Source of the DNA: Chlorokybus atmophyticus
Taxonomy: Eukaryota; Plantae; Mesostigma and Chlorokybus algae
Direction: 5' to 3'
Assembly: GCA_009103225.1 (NCBI GenBank)
Contig: RHPI01003156.1
Coordinates: 598,537 to 662,536 of the forward strand
DNA: 64,000 nucleotides
Positions 1 through 9,673 of this stretch are shown piece by piece. Made by a program: the position numbers and the translations under genes. How positions within the stretch are numbered: position 1 is the stretch's first letter; each line of letters starts with the position of its first letter. A model generated the notes under the pieces. That model was not told the origin of the DNA, did not search any database, and saw nothing but the letters and a program-made list of their open reading frames with translations.

Positions 1-392
1 CATGAAACAACAAGGAGAAACCTATGAGAGAGATTGTAGGTGTACGTTGCTGTCTTGTCTTGTCTTGGCCCCAGTTTGCCTGTGTGTACAACATGCAGCA
101 GTTTGGACAAACTGCTACATGTTGTACACACAGAGCAGCCAGCTGCGCTGTAGTCGATTGTGGTTGCAACTTGCCAGCAGAACACATAACTGGTGTTTGT
201 GACATTGTTCTGCATGCTGCGCGTCCACATTGTCAACACACTGTGGTCGTGCCGCTCGAAGTGATCATTGTGGTGATGCGCGCGCACAGCTGGCAAAGTC
301 AGCTTTGCGCATCAGCTGTCATGCGCATGTCTTCATTATGATGCTTGAAGGGAAATCTATCAATGGCAGCTTCATGTTTGATGTTGTTACAG

Positions 393-900
393 TGGGTGGG
401 ATACTTAAAGGGTATGACCAGCTGCTGAACCTGGTGCTTGACGAAGCAACGGAAAACTTGCGAGGTGTGCGCTTGGGTTGCAACAAAGAGGCTGCGTGCA
501 CCCCATTTGTTTTGGCATTTGTTGCTTACTAACGCTTGCTTCTGCCATGCATAGACCCGGACGACCCGATGAAGATTACGGATGAGACTCGCGCGTTGGG
601 TTTGGTGGTTGGTTTACTTTGTTCTTTAGATATCCTTCTTACTGCATGCACAAAACCAAGCGTGTGTATGCGGTTGCCTGCTGAACACGTATGTTCCAGT
701 TGAGTGACAAGATAGCGTCATGTAGTCATGCAGATAGTCCTGCTGCGTTGATTCACTTTGTGTGTATGTGTGCGTGTATTGTGTTGCTGACTTGTTGTTG
801 CTTTATGCAGGTTTGCAGAGGGACTGCGGTGCTGTTGGTGGCTCCCGTCACTGGCACAGAGGAGATAGCCAATCCATTTATGGGCCAAGATGGCGCATAG
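393..900 (+). CDS. LSM7: Sm-like protein LSm7, 3' exons only (393-464, 555-607, 811-900); 5' exons lie upstream of the window
   Basis: Spliced translation VGGILKGYDQLLNLVLDEATENLR-DPDDPMKITDETRALGLV-VCRGTAVLLVAPVTGTEEIANPFMGQDGA* matches the LSm7 Sm1/Sm2 pattern; GT-AG introns keep the frame; TAG at 898-900. Confidence 0.95.
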
Positions 901-3059
901 CAGCAGCTGGTTGGCATCCTATGCTGTTCGCAGATTGTTGAGAGCGACATCCGATATCTGTTTGAGAAAAAGTCCAGTGATGTTGAAGACGGATAGTCTC
1001 GTTACTAGTTCGTGTACCAGCTGGCTGCTACACTGGAACACTACACTGGCGGGGATACCTGTTGCGCAGTTCACGTTGGCATTGCTAGCGTGTTTTTGAT
1101 CTGCTACGTGTGTCTGGTTGCGTGTGTGCGTGTGTACAGAAGATTTAGACTGTTGCATCCATGCAATAGTGCATGATGCACGCTGGTACATGATAAACCA
1201 TGCACGCCAACAACACACATACTGACTTGATTACTTTACATATTTTTTTTACTTCACTAATTTTACAACTACCCCATCTTGTTAGACGTGAAAGCATGCA
1301 TGCGCAGTCATGGTTACCTGCACCATGGCTGTTGTGTGTGTGTGCGCACACGCGCAGATCATAGCGCGAAATGCCGCCCCCAGTTCTGCATGTCATCCAT
1401 CCTGCATTGACGTGTGCTGCTGTTGCATTTGTCGCGTCTCAGAGCCGGAGTACGCAAGATGTGAAGCACGTTGTGCACATGCAAAGTATATGCACAAGTT
1501 GCAGAAAATTGCAACAGCCAATACTTACATGGCAACAAGCAACGTGACATTAAGCTGCAAACTGGTGCACATAAACACGAAATGCTACATCTATTATGTA
1601 CACACGTGGAGACACATGACAACAGGTGAAAAAGCAACGCCAACCAGGGTCGGCAGGGGCTGGCCACCCCATGCTGCCAAACACCAACCATCAACGCCCG
1701 CAACACCCGAACTCACCTGTCACACATGCACCACACGTTAGCAAATGCCAAGTGTGGGTAGTTGCTATTGCGGTTGACCGGTCCGACTGCATTGACGAAT
1801 TGGCTGCTATATCAAAGGTAGCGGGCAACAACTAGCACGACCACGTGAACGAATCAATTGCAACGTCGTGACATTGCAAGCAAGCATGTGCAGTGCATGT
1901 CAATGCTATGATAGCGGGCATGGAACACAGCCTGCATGCTGTGTACTGATCACACTCCTTGCTTGTAACATGCATGCGCCATCGCACGCCACATTGTATG
2001 TGCATGCTCGTTGCTACGTAGCGGGTAGAGTGGAGTCTATATATACAAACTCCACTTCCAAAATCATGTAACGGTGTAGACATAGTAGTAGTTGGTGTTG
2101 TATACCAAAATCATGATAGTGTACAACGCATGCAACATAATGGCACCGCGTATATCATGTCACTTGCACAACTTGTGCAGACACTCCGAGTCAGATGAGT
2201 CAGCTCAATGCAACATACACCAACATCGGGCCAACCATGCGCTTGCACGCTACTTGCCTCTACCCCTCACCCTACCCCTATCGCCTCGTTGTTAGTCAAG
2301 CGTGCATCCAATGCACCCATAAACACATGCGCATGTGCTTGTTTGCTTAATGCGCTGTGGTTCTTGTGCACGTAGTGGTGATGTTCCTTATATACGTCAT
2401 AAAGGTCCTGAAGATTGCAAACTGCATGTCTTAATACTATGAGACACTTCGTGGTCGAGGTACTAGTAGGGCAAACGCCTTTACTTTTAAGTTAAGCTTC
2501 CACGTTATTTGCCACTAGCGGTTTATGCAACTTGCTGGCGGTGCATGCAATTGCAATCACATCTGAAAATGACTCTTCGTAGTGAAATACTGCTATCAAG
2601 GGGTACCCATCTTAACCAAAGGTTAATGAAAAAGATTAGGCATGGCCATCAAAGCATTGTATCAAAAATTATATTTCAAGATTTTGCAATTACCCTCAGT
2701 TATGACACCCCTAGGTGTCATAACTGACGGTAACCGAGCCACCATAACTTTTGCAATTCTGGTCCAAACGGGTGAAAACCCCGATTGTGTCTTTAAAGTT
2801 CGGCACAGTCAACCAACACTTTACACAAGCGTAATGCAAAGCGGCTAAATTAAGCCAAATGTTTTAAACATTTTCAAATCCTAGTAAGATTTGAAGGCTC
2901 TACTACCCCCCCACTTGGGCCCATTTTTACGTTTGCAATCTAATTGCCATCTCAATGGTCACCGCGATTCGATTGGTCACAATGTGGGGACACGGTGGCA
3001 ATGCACAACAACACCAAATATGTCGAGATGGGTAAGACCCCAAGTAGCAATGGCGGCGG

Positions 3060-3064
3060 CATAA
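3060..3064. repeat. Left target-site duplication CATAA
   Basis: cataa immediately precedes the LTR start TG and recurs at 11570-11574. Confidence 0.95.
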
Positions 3065-4438
3065 TGTTACGCCGGGCGGGGGGTAATTATCACTTAAAAC
3101 TATGTACAGTGATCACACACTTAACATGTAGTGACTGTACACTCCCTTAACCATCTTTCGTTGAGTGAACAACTACTTGGCAACTTAAGGGTTATGGTCA
3201 CCTAGCTTAGGTACCCCTACCTTAGTCCCAAAAGCCCAGAGCTCAAGTCGTGCGGCGGCTACCCTCCACCCGCGACTGGCTCCTTTTTTATGGCGAAATC
3301 CATCGCCATGAGCTTTACTAGGAACTATCTTGGCTAAGACCTACTTGGTTCAAAGCCCTCTACCAGATCCCCATTCACTCACCCAAGTGATTAGTTTAGT
3401 TCACTCGACATTAGTTCACTGGCATTCAGCAAAGTGACCAATAATGCCAATCCGCGATTTTTGTGCTTGCGGCCATGGCAGACGGCGCTGTCACGCGCTG
3501 CGTATCGGCACACGCGGGAGGGGGCAAATGCCTTAGCCGATTTTCTGTCGCGACGTCGCGTCGCGAAGTGATCTAATAGTTGATTCACTAGTGAATCAAC
3601 TTTAGTTCACTACCTTGTCGGCTTTATGAATCACTCCATTAGTGAACTAACTTAGTTCACCAGTGATTCACTATTGGCTCCCTCTTCTATTAGTCNAGGG
3701 TGATTCACTTAGTTCACTTAGTTCACTTAGTTCACTTCGAACCCTTAGTGAACTACTTTTAGTTCATGTTCGTAACTGAACCAGTGAACTATTTTAGTTC
3801 ACTTACGAACCCTTAGTGAACTACTTTTAGTTCATGTTCGTAACTGAACCAGTGAACTATTTTAGTTCACTTACGAACCCTTAGTGAACTATTTTAGTTC
3901 ATGTTCGTAACTGAACTAGTGAACTAATTTAGCTCACTATGTTGATTCACTTCGCAGGTGAATCAACCCCTTCGCGAACTCATTTCGCGAAGTCCTTTTT
4001 GTTCACCCTAAGAGAGGCTACTTCGCTCTATTCATCTGATCCAAATAAGCCGCCTTGGATTGGCCTAAATGAACCTTATAATTACACATGCTTTTTCCTA
4101 TGATGTTTCACACGATTGGCCCCATAAGCCCACATCGCGTTAATAAATCATTATACTAGAGCCATGTGCTTTTATCTTCCTACTCAAGACGCCCATACAT
4201 TCATGAATAGGGTAATTCCTAGTCAACCACTTCTAATTAGATGCAAATGCTCTAACTAGCCAGGCCTATAATTAGCGTTGCATTGTATTCGTGTTAAAGC
4301 TCAAACACAAACACACGCACTCAAAGCTTTTATAACAAACCAAGATAATCCAACCAAGGTTCATTAAACTTTTGTCTCCCGCTAATTGAACTTATATATA
4401 CACTGTACATGACCAGCTGTAATAGCTAGGCCGTAACA
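3065..4438 (-). repeat. 3' LTR (1,374 bp; contains 3 copies of the 68-bp unit and one 'n' at about 3696)
   Basis: Begins tgttacgccgggcgggggg and ends ggccgtaaca; near-identical to 9674-11569 outside the tandem array. Confidence 0.96.
3739..3945. repeat. 68-bp tandem array, 3 copies, inside 3' LTR
   Basis: Unit starts (gaacccttagtgaac) at 3739, 3807, 3875. Confidence 0.9.
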
Positions 4439-4440
4439 AT

Positions 4441-4452
4441 GCCCCCCCTTTA
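4441..4452 (-). other. Polypurine tract
   Basis: Minus strand reads AAAGGGGGGGC, 2 nt before the 3' LTR. Confidence 0.9.
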
Positions 4453-4597
4453 GCTATTGAGCGTCTCTGCTCAATTTCTTTCTCCACGCTTTCCAACCTA
4501 GGGAAACAAGCCATGATCAGTAACTTGATAGGTCAAAACGTGGAACTACTTCTAAAGGCGGAAAATATATATCTTCAGAAATGGACCTTCCTGGACT

Positions 4598-7500
4598 TCA
4601 TCTTTGGGCAACCGTTAGCTCCCTCCAATATTTCTTTATCAGAAGTGGTGCTCGCATGCTAGGTTCGTCAACCCATTCACATGCTTCAAACGGATGACCC
4701 TTCCATTTCACAAAGTAACTGGGAGATCTGCCTTTCCGGCCTTTGTGGGTTATTATACCCTCCACTTCATACTCCCAATCTCCTTCTATAAACATTGGGG
4801 GTGGTGGTGGCTGCACCGACCCATCTGAGTGATAGGCTCTCAATAGCGAGGCATGAAATACATTATGTATCTTAAGACTCGGTGGCAATTCTAACTTGAA
4901 TGCCACAGCCCCTATCTTTTCTACTACCTTAAATGGTCCAAGCCATCGGGGTAATAGTTTTCGGGCCCCATCGAGAGACTCCATCCTCACATTCTTTGTG
5001 TAAAGTAGGACTTCTTGTCCCACTTCAAACACAGCCTCTGCCCTCTTGGCATCGGCATATTGACGCATACGATTTTGGGTTGCTAATAAGGCCCTCTTGG
5101 CCTCATTTTGCACCTGCCCTAATCGTTGAGCCAAAATTTGAGCCGAGGGGTTGACTCTTTTCCTAGCCCCCATATTCTCCATTAAAGCCTCAACTGGACT
5201 CAATGGATGGCGGCCATAACCAATATAAAATGGTGTCATCCCCGTTGACTCATTCACCGAATCATTGATGGCATACTCAACGAAAGGGAGATATGTATCC
5301 CAATCTCTAATATTCTTTAATGAGTAATGCCTCAATAGTTGTTCCACTGTCTGATTCACACGCTCGGTTTGCCCATCTGTTTGAGGATGAAACGCGGTGG
5401 ATAGCTTATTATCCAAATTTAATGTATCACATAACTCACGCCAAAAGGCGGAAGTGAACCGCGAATCCCTATCCGAAATCATATCCACGGGCATCCCAAA
5501 TTGTGAATACCATCTCCTGAAAAAGGCATGGGCAAAATCCTCGCCCGTAAATTTTGGAGGAGTTGGTTCTAAGTGAACAACCTTACTAAACCGGTCTACA
5601 AATACAACCATTCCATTATTCCCTTTTACCGTTTTAGGTAATTGGACTATGAAGTCAACAGACATTGACTTCCAAGCCCCCTCTGGTATGGACAAAGGTT
5701 GTAATTTCCCGGCCGGTTTTGCCCTTACGGATTTATTCCTTTGGCATGAGTCACAATTCTTTACAAAGCTTTCAACATCCACTCTTAAGGTCGGCCACCA
5801 ATACCTCCTAGCCAAAGACTCGGTAGTTTTCCTTATACCAAAATGGCCACGGTAAGGGGGATTATGTGATTCTGTAATCACCTTTGACCTAAGTGACCCA
5901 TCCATTGGAACCGCAATCTTTTCTTCATCTTTATACCAAAATGCCCCATGTGGTTTTAACACTTGGTTGAACTCCAAAAGGAACTCCGGGCAATTAGTAT
6001 AACTTGCGATCATTTGGTTAGGAATATCACTCACATAATCCAATGCAAGTAACGCCAAATCCTCGGATAATGCGGGATGCCTACTTAAAGGATCTGCCGC
6101 ATTTATCCTACCTGGCCTATATTCCCAATCAAAATCATATCGCACCAAATACTCATGCCACCTTACTTGGCGTCGCGACAAATTAGGTTGCGTATTTAGG
6201 TGCACTAAGGGGTTGTGATCAGTTATCACCTTAAAATGTCTCCCCTCTAAGTAACACCTCCATCTATGCAACGCTTTCACAACACCTAATAGTTCTTGAT
6301 CGGTGGTTGAGTAATTCTTCTCCGCGGGCTTATACTTGAAACTTTCAAAGGCTACTGGATGCCCCTCTTGCACTAGTATAGCCCCGGTTCCTGCCAAAGA
6401 GGCATCACTTATTACCTCAAATGGCTTGTCCATTTCCGGCAACTTCAATACCGGAAGTGAGGTCATAGCAGCCTTAAGCCTCTCAAAGGCTTGTTGCTCC
6501 TTAGGACCCCATTCGAAGGGTTTTCGGGTACTTGTCAAAGTAGTGAGTGGGGCGGCTATAATTGAGTAGCCTAAAATAAAACGGCGGAACCATAGGCAAA
6601 AACCCAAGAATTTCTGTAACTCCGTTACATTCTTAGGAACTGCCCAGTCTTTAACCCTTTCGAGTTTCTTTGGATCGCCTTTTATTCCTTCTTCACTCAC
6701 AATATTACCCAAGTACTCTACTTCCCTAGCAAAGAAGTCACACTTCTTGAAATTCGCCAAGAACTTATGCTCCCTTAGCCTACTCAAGGCTTTTCGTAAA
6801 TGAAGCACATGTTCCTCTTTTGTACTTGAAAATACAATAACATCATCCAAGTACACTAGGACGAATTTCCCTACCTCCTCTTTAAATACTTCATTCATTA
6901 CCGCTTGGAATGTGGCCGGCGCATTGCACAAGCCAAATGGCATCACCTTATATTCATAATGACCCATCGGGGTTTTAAACCCTGTTTTATACCTATCTTC
7001 TATCGCGATAGGTATTTGGTGATAACCACTAGTTAGGTCGAGGGTGCTAAACCACGACTTCCCAACTAGTTGATCATACAAATCATCCAAACGCGGTAAG
7101 GGAAAGGCATTCATCACCGTTTGTGCATTTAATGACCTATAATCAACACACATTCGGAGCTTGCCTCCCTTCTTTTCGGCAAAAATTACATTAGCCGAAT
7201 AGGGGCTTTGCGATTCGACTATCAAACCCCTTTCTAGGAGATAGTCCACCTGCTTCTTTGCTTCGTCTCGTTCCTTGGGACTTAGCCTATACAATGGCCT
7301 TATTGGCGGAGGCCCAGCCCCTTTCTTTAGTGGGATTAAATGGGACACAAACCTATTTGCCGGTGCACTTGGTAGATCCGCGGAGAATATATCCATAAAC
7401 TCCCTCACCACCGGGTGTACCTTTTCCCAATCAATTTCACTTGACTCTTCCAAGTCCCCCACTATGCTTAGGCAACCTACAGCCAATTCGGAGTCACCCT

Positions 7501-8350
7501 TTAACCATTGATAAACTGGGTCAATGGTGGGTTTACTCCTTCTGTTAGGCTTACGGTTCCTACTAGGTGTCAAAGCAAAACGCTTGTCACCTTGTGTGAT
7601 TGTAATAGAAGGTGGCACGCTTGTTAATTCTAACCTCACGTGCCTTTGCCAACTATCACCTAATATCACATCTATGCCTGGAATAAGGGACTTGACCACA
7701 TACAGCTTAATTTTGGTCTTATAATCCCCCATTCGAATTAGCAACTCTGTCACGCCACTTACTTCACAATGTAACTCACCTACTAGGCTTGCCCTAGCAT
7801 TGGTAGTTTCAATGGTGGCCGAGACCCTTTTTGCCAATTCGGCACTTACGAAATTTCCTAAGGCACCAGTGTCAACTAAGACACCACACGCCCTCTCATT
7901 CACTAATGCATCGAAGACCATACTTAGTCTAGGATTTATTTGTGAACCTCGGCGATCACTTGCATCATCACACCATATTTGCAAGTCAGTGGCAAAAGGT
8001 GATTTGGCCCTTGGTAATGTGCCCATACGGCGCATACCGCCTAACAACCTTTTCCACTTACCATAATATTTAGGTGTTAGAACACACGCCTTAATTTCGG
8101 GGTTAGTTTGCTTTAGTTGCCAATAATTTGTCAAAGTACTTGTTAACTCACGAAGTGGCACGCATATGAGAATTCGCTCATGCCCTACCTCAAGTGAATT
8201 AATTCTTGGCAAATCTTCAAACTCATTCCCAAAACAAACATCGCATTTCATAGGCAACTTCATCGTTGTAGCTATACAACTATTGTTCTCAAGTCGCCCA
8301 CTACTTTGCTCCTTTGGCGCCGTTCCTATACAAGCAACCACCCCACACCG
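4598..8350 (-). CDS. Pol: N-terminal extra domain, aspartic protease, RT, RNase H, integrase, chromodomain
   Basis: Motifs LVDTGA (PR), LRMCVDYR / MPFGLCNAPATF / YLDD (RT), DAS...E...TDH (RNase H), H-H-C-C zinc finger, D-D-E core and GPF (IN), EYEVEGII...YFVKWKG...EW (chromodomain); no stops; same frame as gag. Confidence 0.97.
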   Translation of the reverse strand, partial: RCGVVACIGTAPKEQSSGRLENNSCIATTMKLPMKCDVCFGNEFEDLPRINSLEVGHERILICVPLRELTSTLTNYWQLKQTNPEIKACVLTPKYYGKWKRLLGGMRRMGTLPRAKSPFATDLQIWCDDASDRRGSQINPRLSMVFDALVNERACGVLVDTGALGNFVSAELAKRVSATIETTNARASLVGELHCEVSGVTELLIRMGDYKTKIKLYVVKSLIPGIDVILGDSWQRHVRLELTSVPPSITITQGDKRFALTPSRNRKPNRRSKPTIDPVYQWLKGDSELAVGCLSIVGDLEESSEIDWEKVHPVVREFMDIFSADLPSAPANRFVSHLIPLKKGAGPPPIRPLYRLSPKERDEAKKQVDYLLERGLIVESQSPYSANVIFAEKKGGKLRMCVDYRSLNAQTVMNAFPLPRLDDLYDQLVGKSWFSTLDLTSGYHQIPIAIEDRYKTGFKTPMGHYEYKVMPFGLCNAPATFQAVMNEVFKEEVGKFVLVYLDDVIVFSSTKEEHVLHLRKALSRLREHKFLANFKKCDFFAREVEYLGNIVSEEGIKGDPKKLERVKDWAVPKNVTELQKFLGFCLWFRRFILGYSIIAAPLTTLTSTRKPFEWGPKEQQAFERLKAAMTSLPVLKLPEMDKPFEVISDASLAGTGAILVQEGHPVAFESFKYKPAEKNYSTTDQELLGVVKALHRWRCYLEGRHFKVITDHNPLVHLNTQPNLSRRQVRWHEYLVRYDFDWEYRPGRINAADPLSRHPALSEDLALLALDYVSDIPNQMIASYTNCPEFLLEFNQVLKPHGAFWYKDEEKIAVPMDGSLRSKVITESHNPPYRGHFGIRKTTESLARRYWWPTLRVDVESFVKNCDSCQRNKSVRAKPAGKLQPLSIPEGAWKSMSVDFIVQLPKTVKGNNGMVVFVDRFSKVVHLEPTPPKFTGEDFAHAFFRRWYSQFGMPVDMISDRDSRFTSAFWRELCDTLNLDNKLSTAFHPQTDGQTERVNQTVEQLLRHYSLKNIRDWDTYLPFVEYAINDSVNESTGMTPFYIGYGRHPLSPVEALMENMGARKRVNPSAQILAQRLGQVQNEAKRALLATQNRMRQYADAKRAEAVFEVGQEVLLYTKNVRMESLDGARKLLPRWLGPFKVVEKIGAVAFKLELPPSLKIHNVFHASLLRAYHSDGSVQPPPPPMFIEGDWEYEVEGIITHKGRKGRSPSYFVKWKGHPFEACEWVDEPSMRAPLLIKKYWRELTVAQR

Positions 8351-9583
8351 TCACTTGGTGGGATCCTCGGTTGGCTTTGCTCCCTTCTTCGGGCACTTGG
8401 AGGCTATATGCCCCTTTTCGCCACAAATGAAGCATAAACCTTCCCGAGCTCTTCTCTCCTTCTCTTCACTGGAGAGTCTTGCCTTGCCCTGGTAGGCTGG
8501 CTTAAAGGGTTTCTTGCCAAACGGCTTTTTACCCTTTTTCTTTAGAGGGGTCTTTGAAGACTTCTCCTTTTCAACCGGACCTTCCATCTCCGATTGAGGG
8601 GCAAATCCTTTTCTTTTCTTTCCCTTTCCTCCCCCGGATTTGTCTCCACCCTCTTCTTTATCCCTTTTGTTAATGCTAGCCAAGTTCCGGCCGACCCATC
8701 TCGCCGTATTCTCAAGCTCCGTGAACTTCTCCTGAGTCCACTCTATATCGGTCTTTTGCAACCTCATAATATCTGGTTGCTTTTGGAGCTTAGAATCCAA
8801 GGCTCGAATGAATAGGTTGGCCTTTTCAATCAGGCTTAGTGGCCTTCCCCCATTTGCAGCTTGAGCCGCTAACAGGTTGAATTGGCTCACAAATTCCGTG
8901 ATCAACTTGCCCGATTGTTTCAAATCGGATAGCTTATCCCTGGCATCAAGCCCGGGGTCCACTGTCCTATATTGGCTAAACAAAAACTCCTTTAGGGATT
9001 CAAAGGTGGGCTCAACCAAATGAGACCTATGGTCCTTCCACAACTGAAGTGGTTCTGGACCTAAGTATCCCGCGGCAAAACCCAACCTTTGCCTTTCTGG
9101 AACCGTAGCCAAAGTCACTTCGACTTGGTTCCACCAAGCGTCTATATCCTCCCCTTTTTTGCCTGTCCATGCCGGGGGAATTTTTAGAAACTTGGTACTT
9201 GGTCGTACTTGGACCGAGTCTGTTTTGTCCTCGAGTTCTTTCATCTTCTGCTCCCCAAGGACACGGAGGCGCGTGAGCTCCTCCTCATTCTTCTCGAGGT
9301 TCTTTACTAGCCTCAAGATGCCTTGCTTGGCCTTTTTGCCCTCTTTGCAACAAGCCAAGGCTATTTTCTTGTACTTCGGCGACAACTCGGCTATTCTTCG
9401 TTCCATCTTTTTCCCTAGCTGGGGAATCGGTGGATCCGAAGCTTCCGCCTGTTCCGCCATTGCCGCGACTAGCCTTTTTTCTTCGAAGTAGGCTTCTTTT
9501 TCGCGGTAATCCTCTTCACTGGCGCTACTACTAAAAGTCTCGCGCCACTTGTGATAATTTCCAATCCGGCGTTGTTTCGGCAT
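8351..9583 (-). CDS. Gag (410 aa from first ATG) with retrotransposon capsid region and CCHC zinc knuckle
   Basis: Open frame with W...QVEVTLA...W capsid-like segment, Lys-rich linker and CFICGEKGHIASKC; ends at TGA 8353-8351. Confidence 0.93.
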   Translation of the reverse strand: MPKQRRIGNYHKWRETFSSSASEEDYREKEAYFEEKRLVAAMAEQAEASDPPIPQLGKKMERRIAELSPKYKKIALACCKEGKKAKQGILRLVKNLEKNEEELTRLRVLGEQKMKELEDKTDSVQVRPSTKFLKIPPAWTGKKGEDIDAWWNQVEVTLATVPERQRLGFAAGYLGPEPLQLWKDHRSHLVEPTFESLKEFLFSQYRTVDPGLDARDKLSDLKQSGKLITEFVSQFNLLAAQAANGGRPLSLIEKANLFIRALDSKLQKQPDIMRLQKTDIEWTQEKFTELENTARWVGRNLASINKRDKEEGGDKSGGGKGKKRKGFAPQSEMEGPVEKEKSSKTPLKKKGKKPFGKKPFKPAYQGKARLSSEEKERRAREGLCFICGEKGHIASKCPKKGAKPTEDPTK

Positions 9584-9653
9584 GCACTTTGGAAGCGCTA
9601 ATTTCCGAATCAAAGTGGCCCCAAACCACAGCCTGAGTGGTTCAAAATCGTAT

Positions 9654-9671
9654 AACCAAGCTCCGAGGCCA
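9654..9671 (-). other. Primer-binding-site-like sequence (divergent)
   Basis: Minus strand TGGCCTCGGAGCTTGGTT, 2 nt after the 5' LTR; resembles the plant iMet PBS TGGTATCAGAGC but with 3 of 12 positions changed. Confidence 0.65.
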
Positions 9672-9673
9672 GC

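Noticed and set aside
3391-3588. 65-aa ORF present in both LTRs (also 10000-10197)
   Set aside because: Short, no recognisable motif, and duplicated simply because it lies in the LTR.
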